Source of the DNA: Candidatus Diapherotrites archaeon LH_S9 | Lineage (GTDB): Archaea > B1Sed10-29 > WALL01 > JAGXON01 | Reading direction: 5' to 3' | DNA length: 64,000 nucleotides | NCBI GenBank assembly: GCA_023659865.1 | Contig: JAGXON010000001.1 | Coordinates: forward strand, 45,968-109,967 | Shown here: piece after piece, positions 28,719 to 36,690 of the stretch | Position numbering within the stretch: the stretch's first letter is position 1 | Layout of the letters: every line of letters begins with the position of its first letter | Position numbers and translations under genes: made by a program | The notes under the pieces: generated by a model | What the model was told of the DNA's origin: nothing | The model's input: only the letters and a program-made list of their open reading frames with translations | Database searches by the model: none

Positions 28719-29602
28719 AGGAACTGACAGTACTATCAGGAAAAGGAGGAACAGGAAAAAGCAGTATAACAGCATCACTTGCAGCAATCTTATCAGAAGA
28801 AAAAGAAATAGTCACAACGGACTGCGACGTGGACGCCTCGAACCTGTCCATACTTTTAGGAAACAAGAGACCGTACAGCACTAAAGAAATATCCACGAAC
28901 GAGAAAGCCTTTGTGAAAAACCCGGAGAACTGCAGAGGAAAAAACTGTAAGAAGTGCGTGGACCTGTGCGCATTCTCAGCAATCGAATGGAACGAAGAAA
29001 AAGAAATACCGGAGATAAACAAGTTCCTGTGCGAAGGGTGTGGCTCCTGCAAAATAGCGTGTCCAGAAGACGTCTTCGAACTGAAAAAAGTGAATAACGC
29101 TACTCTAACCGAAACAGATACTGATTACGGATTTCCTCTAGTATCAGGACAGCTGAAGATGGGAGAAGCAGGCTCAGGAAAAGTAGTAGACCTCATAAAA
29201 AAGATAGCAAAAGAAAAAAACAGAGAAATACTCCTATCAGATTCCGCAGCCGGAATAAGCTGCCCAGTAATAGCTTCAGTAAGAGACAGTGACTACGTTG
29301 TAGCAGTCACCGAACCATCGCCAGCGGCTTTAAGCGACCTGAAAAAAGCTCTAGAAATAGTTGAGCACTTTGGAATAAGCTACGGGATAATCATAAACAA
29401 GTACGACTTGAACAAAAAATCCACTGAAGAAATAGAAAAATTTGCAGAAGAAAAAGACGCCAAAATCCTTGGAAAAATTCCTTTCGACAAAAAATTCGTG
29501 GAATCGCTGGTGAAGATGAAACCAGTAGTGGAAGAAAGCAAGGAACATCGAAAGATGTTCTCCAGTATTCTGGAAAAAATCATGGAAGACTCCAAATTAT
29601 GA
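28715..29602 (+). CDS. Second MinD-type P-loop ATPase with ferredoxin domain
   Basis: SGKGGTGKS, DCDVDA, CEGCGSCKIACP, GISCPVI. Confidence 0.9.
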   Translation: MKELTVLSGKGGTGKSSITASLAAILSEEKEIVTTDCDVDASNLSILLGNKRPYSTKEISTNEKAFVKNPENCRGKNCKKCVDLCAFSAIEWNEEKEIPEINKFLCEGCGSCKIACPEDVFELKKVNNATLTETDTDYGFPLVSGQLKMGEAGSGKVVDLIKKIAKEKNREILLSDSAAGISCPVIASVRDSDYVVAVTEPSPAALSDLKKALEIVEHFGISYGIIINKYDLNKKSTEEIEKFAEEKDAKILGKIPFDKKFVESLVKMKPVVEESKEHRKMFSSILEKIMEDSKL

Positions 29603-29611
29603 ATACCTAAC

Positions 29612-29649
29612 CAAAACCTTTATAAAGTATAATGAATACAAATTCATTA
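29612..29649 (+). promoter_or_regulatory. BRE/TATA promoter with palindromic operator TAATGAAT-N4-ATTCATTA
   Basis: CAAAACC TTTATAAA followed by the palindrome at the same spacing as at 24737. Confidence 0.72.
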
Positions 29650-29674
29650 AAGTTTTTATGGAGGTGAACAAAAA

Positions 29675-30061
29675 ATGCCATTTGGAGACGGAACAGGCCC
29701 AAGAGGCCAAGGACCAATGACAGGAAGAGGATTAGGGTTCTGCGCAGGCTTTAACAACCCAGGATTCACCCAAGCAGCACCAAGAAGAGGGCTCGGAAGA
29801 GGCCAAGGTTTCGGAAGAGGCCAAGGTTTCGGAAGAGGTCGAGGTTTCGGAAGAGGACCTGGATTTGGAGCAAGATTTGCCCCATCAACTGCAAGAACTC
29901 CTGCAAGAACTCCTGTAAGAGCACCTGCTCAGAGGATGACAAAAGAAGATGAAACGAATCTACTGAATCAGGAGAAACAAGCAGTGGAAAGAGAGCTGGA
30001 AACGCTCAAAAACGAGCTCGAAAATATAAAAGAGAGAATAAACAAAATAAGTGAAGAATAA
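29675..30061 (+). CDS. DUF5320-family protein
   Basis: MPFGDGTGPRGQGPMTGRGLGFC, Gly/Arg repeats, C-terminal coiled coil; GGAGGTGA RBS. Confidence 0.88.
   Translation: MPFGDGTGPRGQGPMTGRGLGFCAGFNNPGFTQAAPRRGLGRGQGFGRGQGFGRGRGFGRGPGFGARFAPSTARTPARTPVRAPAQRMTKEDETNLLNQEKQAVERELETLKNELENIKERINKISEE
29795..29866 (+). repeat. In-frame 18-bp tandem repeat x4 (GRGxGF)
   Basis: GGAAGAGGCCAAGGTTTC units, first two identical. Confidence 0.85.
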
Positions 30062-30062
30062 C

Positions 30063-30362
30063 ATGACTCGACCTAGAAAACCACGAACAGTAAGAAGAAA
30101 GCCAGGAGCCACATACTTCAAACCAAGAGCAGTTCCCCTGTCCACCTTGAAAGAGGTTACGATATCAGTGGGCGAGCTCGAAGCAATACACTTATCTGAT
30201 GCAGAAGGAAAAGACCAGAAAGAAGCAGCAGAAGAAATGAACATCTCGCAACCAACTTTCAGCAGGCTCCTGGCGTCAGCAAGAAAAAAAGCAGCGGAAG
30301 CTCTGTACAAAGGAAAAGCAATAAAAGTAGAAGGGGGAGAATACAAGCTAAAGGAGGATTAA
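30063..30362 (+). CDS. DUF134 (UPF0251) HTH DNA-binding protein
   Basis: MTRPRKPR, FKP, ELEAIHLSD, QKEAAEEMNISQPTFSRLLASARKK. Confidence 0.9.
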   Translation: MTRPRKPRTVRRKPGATYFKPRAVPLSTLKEVTISVGELEAIHLSDAEGKDQKEAAEEMNISQPTFSRLLASARKKAAEALYKGKAIKVEGGEYKLKED

Positions 30363-30363
30363 A

Positions 30364-30570
30364 ATGCCTGAAGGCGTGCCAAGAACTGATGAAGAAAGAA
30401 AAGAAAGACATGAAGAGAAGTACGGAGATACTAACATACCTGAAGAGCGTAAGGGAAAAGCATCAGAGGCACTGGAACAAAAGAAAAACTTAACTCCTGG
30501 AATAGAAATAATCCTTGTGATAGCAATCCTAATTTCATTATGGATAATCGCTCAAAGATGGATCATCTGA
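30364..30570 (+). CDS. Small membrane protein
   Basis: GGAGG RBS, C-terminal TM helix. Confidence 0.55.
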   Translation: MPEGVPRTDEERKERHEEKYGDTNIPEERKGKASEALEQKKNLTPGIEIILVIAILISLWIIAQRWII

Positions 30571-30613
30571 ACAAACTTTTATATAATCTAATAAGATCAA
30601 AAAGTAAGAAAAG

Positions 30614-32017
30614 ATGAATCTAAAAAAATTGTTTTTTGGACTCTTAACGATACTTATATTATTTGCACCAGCAGCAACAGCAGCAAAAACTTGCACAACC
30701 TACTTCACTGGAGTGGGATGCCCACACTGCGCTAAAGCAGACCCGGTAGTTCTTGAAGACTACCCACAAGACTTCAATAGCTTAGTTGTAATAGAGTACG
30801 AGATATACCAAAAACAATCCAATGCACCTCTTCTCTACAACTTCAACTCAAATTATAACTCGGGCCTAGGCGTGCCTGCCCTCATATTCGGGGAAGACAA
30901 TTCACTTGTTGGAGATCGGCCAATACTTCAGAAAGGGGAAAAATCAGTTTCTGATCACGAAGGAAACGCTTGTCCAACCTCGATAGGTAAAATAAAGTTC
31001 GATAGCCTTGATTTATCAAAACTCGAGGGCTACCCCAAGATCTGGGCCAACAAAAGAGTAATCCTTGGCAAGCCTGATAATTCAAGCTCGAGCGAAGTTC
31101 TGAAATCGCTCTTGTTCGAGGAAAATCTAGTAGAAGAACTGGAAAAAATGAACAAAACCTCTAAAAGCCCTTCCTCAGTCCCGTTATCCGGAAAAAGCGT
31201 TAACTTTGATAACGCCGTCCAGATAGATGGAGCAACACTTCAATGGAATGGGAAAGGATTGGAAAAGCAAGGAAATGGGACCAGTGCCACCAGACCACAA
31301 GGAGATTACTCCAGGATCAGTCCTGACCTCACTTTGCCAAAGATAGTTGGACTAGCTGCAGTAGATGCTGTCAACCCGTGCGCTCTAGCAGTTCTGAGCC
31401 TCATGCTTATCTCAATAATCACTTACAATCCAAAAGAAAAGAGGAACATACTCCTGGCAGGACTGGCGTTCGTTGCATCTGTTTTCGTCATGTACCTGTT
31501 CTACGGCCTAGTTATAGTGAAATCATTTCAGTTGATTCAAGCATTAACATCAGTTAGAGTAATGCTTTACAAAGCTCTAGGTGTTCTAGCGATAGTTCTT
31601 GGTATACTTAACTTAAAGGACTTCGTGCACTACAAGCCCGGAGGATTTGGCACGGAGATGCCGAAGTTCCTAAGACCGAAAGTGAAGAAAATAATCTCTG
31701 GAATTACTTCACCTAAAGGCGCTTTCCTGGTCGGTGCTTTCGTAACGCTGTTCCTTTTACCATGCACAATCGGCCCCTACGTCATAGCCGGAGGAGTACT
31801 ATCCACACTAGGTTTACTTAAAACTCTTCCAGCGCTGTTACTCTACAACGCAATCTTCGTTCTTCCAATGCTAGCGATAACCATAATCGTTTACATGGGA
31901 ATGAGTTCAATAGAAGACGTCTCAGAATGGAGAGAGAACAACATACGCTACCTGCACTTAATCGCAGGAGCAATCATCTTAGGGCTTGGAATCGCAATGG
32001 TTCTAGGGCTGGTATAA
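30614..32017 (+). CDS. Thioredoxin-like (CPHC) domain fused to CcdA/DsbD-like membrane domain
   Basis: GCPHC; DAVNPCA; LPCTIGPY. Confidence 0.8.
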   Translation: MNLKKLFFGLLTILILFAPAATAAKTCTTYFTGVGCPHCAKADPVVLEDYPQDFNSLVVIEYEIYQKQSNAPLLYNFNSNYNSGLGVPALIFGEDNSLVGDRPILQKGEKSVSDHEGNACPTSIGKIKFDSLDLSKLEGYPKIWANKRVILGKPDNSSSSEVLKSLLFEENLVEELEKMNKTSKSPSSVPLSGKSVNFDNAVQIDGATLQWNGKGLEKQGNGTSATRPQGDYSRISPDLTLPKIVGLAAVDAVNPCALAVLSLMLISIITYNPKEKRNILLAGLAFVASVFVMYLFYGLVIVKSFQLIQALTSVRVMLYKALGVLAIVLGILNLKDFVHYKPGGFGTEMPKFLRPKVKKIISGITSPKGAFLVGAFVTLFLLPCTIGPYVIAGGVLSTLGLLKTLPALLLYNAIFVLPMLAITIIVYMGMSSIEDVSEWRENNIRYLHLIAGAIILGLGIAMVLGLV

Positions 32018-32065
32018 TGCCTTAATCGGTAAAAGTCTAGTCCTCTACTTTTTTTGTAAAGCTCT

Positions 32066-32494
32066 CTAAATCAAGGGATTTCGTTCCTTCCATTTCTCTA
32101 TCTTTGAAGGGAAATCTATCATAACTTTTGCAATGTTCCTCCAGTCTTCTTTAGTTAATTCCCTGTTATCCCTCATTGCTTCTGAAGCCTTCCGGCCATG
32201 AAAAACATGTAGAAGGTGTACTGCTGCTTCCTTAATTTCTTCAGGATCTAAATCTCTGTTTGAAGCGTCTTGTACGGCTGCAGGGGATTTTCCTTCTTCT
32301 TCCTCTATTGCTTGAAGCAAGCTGTTCAACCCTGGTTCATTTATCTCAAATTCTTCTTGGAGAACTTGTTCAGAGTTCTTGGTTGTAGTTTCTACTACGT
32401 TAAATAAAGCGTCCTTGAATGCATCACGTTCCTCTGAATCAATTTCATTAGGCATAACCAAGTTAGAAAGATTCAAATATTTAATCCTTCCCAA
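32066..32494 (-). CDS. Hypothetical protein
   Basis: Acidic ORF, start uncertain. Confidence 0.45.
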   Translation of the reverse strand: MGRIKYLNLSNLVMPNEIDSEERDAFKDALFNVVETTTKNSEQVLQEEFEINEPGLNSLLQAIEEEEGKSPAAVQDASNRDLDPEEIKEAAVHLLHVFHGRKASEAMRDNRELTKEDWRNIAKVMIDFPSKIEKWKERNPLI

Positions 32495-32553
32495 AAAACC
32501 TTAAGGATAAATTTTAATACCTGCCTTCTGTATTCAGAACAGGTGAAAACAAA

Positions 32554-33111
32554 ATGATTGTATGGATACTTCTCGCAATCCTAGTGGTCCTCGGAGTCAT
32601 TGCACTAGCTTTCCTGCTAATGTACAACTCCTTCGTGGTACTGGGAGCAAGAATAGACAACGCATGGGCTCAGATAGACGTTCAAACCAAAAGACGGCAC
32701 GACCTGGTCCCAAACCTCGTTGAAACCGTTAAAGGTTACGCAAAACACGAAAAAGGCGTTTTCAAGCAAGTGACTGAAGCAAGAGCAAAAACAACAAAAG
32801 CAGAAACACCGAAAGAAAAAGCAGAAGCAGAGAACATGCTTTCAAGCGCTTTAAAGAGCTTGTTCGCAGTAGCAGAAGACTACCCGGACCTGAAAGCAAG
32901 TAAGAACTTCCAGATGCTGCAAGAAGAACTGTCAAGCATCGAGAACAAAATAGCTTACGCAAGACAATTCTACAACGATGCCGTGATGAAATGGAACCAG
33001 AAAACAAAACTATTCCCAACAAAGATCGTGGCAGCAATGCTCGGATTCAAAGAAAAAGAGTACTTTGAAGCAGAAGAAGAAGAAAGAAAAGCAGTTAACG
33101 TGAACTTCTAA
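32554..33111 (+). CDS. lemA: LemA family protein
   Basis: [39 protein letters not shown]. Confidence 0.93.
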   Translation: MIVWILLAILVVLGVIALAFLLMYNSFVVLGARIDNAWAQIDVQTKRRHDLVPNLVETVKGYAKHEKGVFKQVTEARAKTTKAETPKEKAEAENMLSSALKSLFAVAEDYPDLKASKNFQMLQEELSSIENKIAYARQFYNDAVMKWNQKTKLFPTKIVAAMLGFKEKEYFEAEEEERKAVNVNF

Positions 33112-34016
33112 TGCCAAAAGAATACTACGAAGCTGTAAAAGACAGCAAGAGAAGAACCTGGCTACTTTTTGCAATATTCATAATCCTGATCTTGGCCATC
33201 GGCTGGATAGCAGGACTGTGGCTAGGTTCAGAGATACTTGGAACAGGAATAGCAATCGTCGTGGCCGTAATATGGGGCCTGATAAGCTGGTACGCTGGAG
33301 ACAAAATAATTCTTTCAGTTAGTGGAGCAGGAAAAGCAAGTGAAGACGATTACCCTCGCTTGTTTAACACTGTTGAAGCGCTCGCGATCGGAGCTGGAAT
33401 TCCAAAACCAGAGATTTACGTGATAAATGATCCTGCACCGAACGCTTTTGCAACTGGCAGAGACCCAGATAACGCTAAAATAGCTGTTACAACAGGTTTA
33501 TTGGAGAAAATGGATAAAGACGAGCTTGAAGGAGTTATCGCACACGAGGTAAGCCACATCAGAAACGAGGATATCAGGGTAATGATGCTTGCGGCAGTGC
33601 TCACAGGCATAATAGTTTTGCTCGGGCACCTGTTTTTGCGGATGATGCTTTTTTCAGGAGGAGGAAGAAAAAAAGGTGGCGCGGTAATGCTGCTGATTGG
33701 ACTTGCTTTTGTGATAGCATCGCCTTTTGTCGCTCAGCTGATAAAGCTCGCTATTTCAAGAAGAAGAGAGTACTTGGCTGACGCTAGCGCGGTCGACCTA
33801 GCGCGTAACCCGGACGGATTGATAGGTGCCTTGCGGAAACTCGATGAAGACAAAACCAAGTTATCGAGAGCGAACGGGGCAACAGCTCATCTGTACATAG
33901 AGGACCCGATGAAGAAAGAAGAAGGATTCTTCGCCAAACTCGGAGGCCTTTTTTCAACTCATCCTCCTCTCGAAGACAGAATAAACCGTTTACAGGAAAT
34001 GGCGGCAATTGGTTAG
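33111..34016 (+). CDS. htpX: M48 zinc metalloprotease HtpX
   Basis: PNAFATG, AHEVSH, SRRREYLADA, STHPP. Confidence 0.93.
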   Translation: MPKEYYEAVKDSKRRTWLLFAIFIILILAIGWIAGLWLGSEILGTGIAIVVAVIWGLISWYAGDKIILSVSGAGKASEDDYPRLFNTVEALAIGAGIPKPEIYVINDPAPNAFATGRDPDNAKIAVTTGLLEKMDKDELEGVIAHEVSHIRNEDIRVMMLAAVLTGIIVLLGHLFLRMMLFSGGGRKKGGAVMLLIGLAFVIASPFVAQLIKLAISRRREYLADASAVDLARNPDGLIGALRKLDEDKTKLSRANGATAHLYIEDPMKKEEGFFAKLGGLFSTHPPLEDRINRLQEMAAIG

Positions 34017-34075
34017 GTGAATTACCCACCGCCAAATCTTCTATTTGGAAGTGGACTTCTTGGCTACAAAAAAGG
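34017..34075 (-). mobile_element. 59-nt miniature IS200/IS605 derivative (fused left and right ends)
   Basis: Minus strand TTTAA|...GCCAAGAAGTC...hairpin...ATTCAC; halves match the two ends of the element at 61467-62973. Confidence 0.7.
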
Positions 34076-34221
34076 TTAAAACGTTTTTTTGTCTTCGGAG
34101 CTATTTGGTTCATATCTTCAAGATTTTCTCTAGCTTTTCTCTGTTTAACTTCTTTAGGTAAGGAGGTTTTTCAGGGGTCATCACCAGTTTAATGCAGTAA
34201 GTGGCAAAAAAAGTAGTTGGA

Positions 34222-34325
34222 TGGGTCCGCCCGGAGTTGAACCGGGGATCTTCTGCACGTCAAGCAGACGTCTTAACTACCCTTCCCGCAAAGGAACGCG
34301 GAAAACCGGGCTAGACCACGGACCC
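34222..34325 (-). tRNA. tRNA-Val(GAC) with 29-nt D-loop intron (34277-34305)
   Basis: Acceptor GGGTCCG/CGGACCC, anticodon arm TCTGC-TTGACGT-GCAGA, T-loop TTCAACT; removing the intron gives a 75-nt cloverleaf; CCA not encoded. Confidence 0.9.
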
Positions 34326-34373
34326 AGAATCCATATACAGTTTTTTGCTAGCTTTTTTCTAAAAAAAGCTGAG

Positions 34374-34465
34374 TGGACCTGAGGGGAGTTGAACCCCTGA
34401 CCTCGTCCACTTTGTCGAATTCTTCCGTCGCCAAGGACGCGCTCTTCCAACTGAGCTACAGGCCC
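34374..34465 (-). tRNA. tRNA-Ala(GGC) with 19-nt intron at 37/38 (34410-34428)
   Basis: Acceptor GGGCCTG/CAGGTCC with G3:U70, D-stem GCTC/GAGC, anticodon stem CGTCC/GGACG; 73 nt after splicing. Confidence 0.88.
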
Positions 34466-34473
34466 AAGCGGTT

Positions 34474-34710
34474 TTATGGGGATATGTAGGTTATGTTGTC
34501 GCCTCTTAAGAACACAGAGCCTAGTTTTTGTTTGACTTGATCGTTTTCTAGTTTTTCTGCGTCCTCTAAGAAGGCGTTTATGTGGACGTCGAAGGTCTTT
34601 AGCGTTCCTCTGTATTTTGAGCCGTTCTTTAGCTTTATTAGTACTTTGTTGTCGATTGCGTTGTTCAAAAAGTCGAAAGGTCTTTTGTCTACCATTGTTT
34701 TTTTCACCAT
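34474..34710 (-). CDS. Sm/Lsm protein
   Basis: RPFDFL, GTLKTFDVHIN, LRGDNI...ISP. Confidence 0.92.
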   Translation of the reverse strand: MVKKTMVDKRPFDFLNNAIDNKVLIKLKNGSKYRGTLKTFDVHINAFLEDAEKLENDQVKQKLGSVFLRGDNITYISP

Positions 34711-34735
34711 TGATGAGTTTTGTTTTATTTAGTAT

Positions 34736-35524
34736 TTATAAGTTTAATAGTTCTTTTATTCTTTTTATTATTCCTTTGGTTTCCTTCGGTTTCTTGATTC
34801 TTTCTGGAGGCTCTTCGTCAAGCAGGTCTGCCGCTAGCCCGATTATTGCCTTGGCCGCTGGATTCTGTGGATTGGTTAAAACTATTGGTTCCCCTTTCAT
34901 CGTGGATTCTCTTGTTTCAGAGTCTTCGGATATTGTTGCAAGTACGTCGGTTTGCACGGTCTTCCTTATCTCTTCGTTGTCCATTTCTTTTCTCATTCCT
35001 TTTTTCATGTTCACTACCGTGCCCAGAATGTCTAGTCCGAGTTTTCTTTCAGCTATTACTGCCATTTTCATGGAGTCCGTAACTGCTGACGGTTCCGGCA
35101 TGGTGACAATCATGGCTTCGTCTGAAGAATTAAGTGCTGCTAAAGTGCTTTCTTCTACTCCTGGCGCCGTATCAATAAGTATAATGTCTGCGTTAGGTGA
35201 AATAGTGTCTATTATTTTCTTGAACTTCTTTCCATCTATTTCTTCGATGTTTTCTTCCGATAAAGCAGCAGGCATGTACATCGTGTTCTCGTTTATCTCG
35301 TATAAAGCGTCTTCTACGTCTGCTTGTCCTATTAAAACGTCCTGAAGACTTATTGGTGTTCCTTTTTTTCCTAGCATCAGCGAAATGTTCGCCATCCTTA
35401 TGTCCGCGTCAACTATTATCACTTTTTTGTCGAATTCGGCGAGCGCTAGGCCTAGGTTGATTGCAAGAGTTGTTTTTCCTACCCCCCCTTTTCCTGAGGT
35501 TATTGCTATTTTTCTTGCCATCAT
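34736..35524 (-). CDS. minD: MinD-family ATPase
   Basis: SGKGGVGKTT, DADIRMAN, DTAPG. Confidence 0.85.
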   Translation of the reverse strand: MMARKIAITSGKGGVGKTTLAINLGLALAEFDKKVIIVDADIRMANISLMLGKKGTPISLQDVLIGQADVEDALYEINENTMYMPAALSEENIEEIDGKKFKKIIDTISPNADIILIDTAPGVEESTLAALNSSDEAMIVTMPEPSAVTDSMKMAVIAERKLGLDILGTVVNMKKGMRKEMDNEEIRKTVQTDVLATISEDSETRESTMKGEPIVLTNPQNPAAKAIIGLAADLLDEEPPERIKKPKETKGIIKRIKELLNL

Positions 35525-36111
35525 TTTTCCTCCAGGTACTCGTTCATTTTCTTTTCAACTTTTTCCGCGGATTGTTCTCCTGACGTAAGTTTTTTCTCGA
35601 ACTCTATTGCTTTTTCTTCCTCGGTCTTGGCCTCGAAGTCAGGTATGTTGTATTGCTTGAGTATTTCTTCCCTGGTCTTTTCTGCTTCTTCTACCTCGTT
35701 TTCTTCGTACTCGTAGCTGAACGACATTGGAATCGAGGCGTCTGTCCTCTCTTTGCTTCTGGGTTCAAGCAGCAGGAAGTCCTCGTTGAACACTTTCATC
35801 AATTCGCATTGTTCTCCTGAAACAGTGTAAATTTCGTAAATTCCTTGTTCAGCGTCCAAAGCGTTCAAGCACCTTTTCAAAGCTTTTTCAGCTACGTAAT
35901 CACTTTCGTAGTTCAAGTAATCGTAGTGAGCTCCTATGACCCTTCCTTTCTCTATTACAAATATTCCTTCCTCCATCCCCGTTCTTCCTTTCAGGGTTAT
36001 AGTCATGTATCCAGTTTTTTCTTTGGATAGAACTTGCAGCAGGTCCTGTATTGCTGAATCTCCCTCGATTTTCCTGTTCTTTATCGAACATTTACCTACA
36101 GGTATCTTCAT
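35521..36111 (-). CDS. DUF2226-like protein
   Basis: TGYMTIT...EEGIFVIEKGRVIGA; adjacent to minD. Confidence 0.6.
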   Translation of the reverse strand: MKIPVGKCSIKNRKIEGDSAIQDLLQVLSKEKTGYMTITLKGRTGMEEGIFVIEKGRVIGAHYDYLNYESDYVAEKALKRCLNALDAEQGIYEIYTVSGEQCELMKVFNEDFLLLEPRSKERTDASIPMSFSYEYEENEVEEAEKTREEILKQYNIPDFEAKTEEEKAIEFEKKLTSGEQSAEKVEKKMNEYLEEK

Positions 36112-36590
36112 TCTTCTGCCTCTTCGACTTCACCCATCATTACTACTTCATCAGCAGTATTTTTTAATGCTGTGGAAAACCCGGGCTCGACCCCTAAGAC
36201 GATAGTGTTCTTTCCTTTGGACTTGGCCTTCATCAGAACCGGTTGAAAATCAGCGTCTCTAGTCATCAGAGCAATTGTGTCTATCGCAGGATTGAAAACT
36301 AGTACTATTGCTTCAGCAGCCATGGCCACATCCACGTCCGTGCCGGTTACGATTGGTTCAAAGCCTTGTGTGGTTACTGCTTCGATGAGTTTATCTGACG
36401 CGTACTGGTCGAGAAAAACTTTCCCAACCTTCATGGTGCCATAATCCTCTATCTTTTCTTTTACTTCCTTCAGATTTATGTTGAATTCTTTTCTCAAGAT
36501 GTTTGGGCCGTCTATTAATATGCCTACCTTCTCCTGTTTTTTAACTAGCCCTAGCTTGTCTTTAACTTCTTCTAATACAATAAAAATCAC
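36108..36590 (-). CDS. NYN-domain protein (TIGR00288-like)
   Basis: IDGPNILRKE, DVDV, TRDADF, ALKNTAD. Confidence 0.88.
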   Translation of the reverse strand: MIFIVLEEVKDKLGLVKKQEKVGILIDGPNILRKEFNINLKEVKEKIEDYGTMKVGKVFLDQYASDKLIEAVTTQGFEPIVTGTDVDVAMAAEAIVLVFNPAIDTIALMTRDADFQPVLMKAKSKGKNTIVLGVEPGFSTALKNTADEVVMMGEVEEAEE

Positions 36591-36690
36591 CTACGAACGA
36601 AATCAAAACAATTGTATTTCTTTTTACTTGAAGAGTATTTATAATGATTTTGAAAAAAGATTAAATATTCGGGTTCAGTGAATAAAACGA

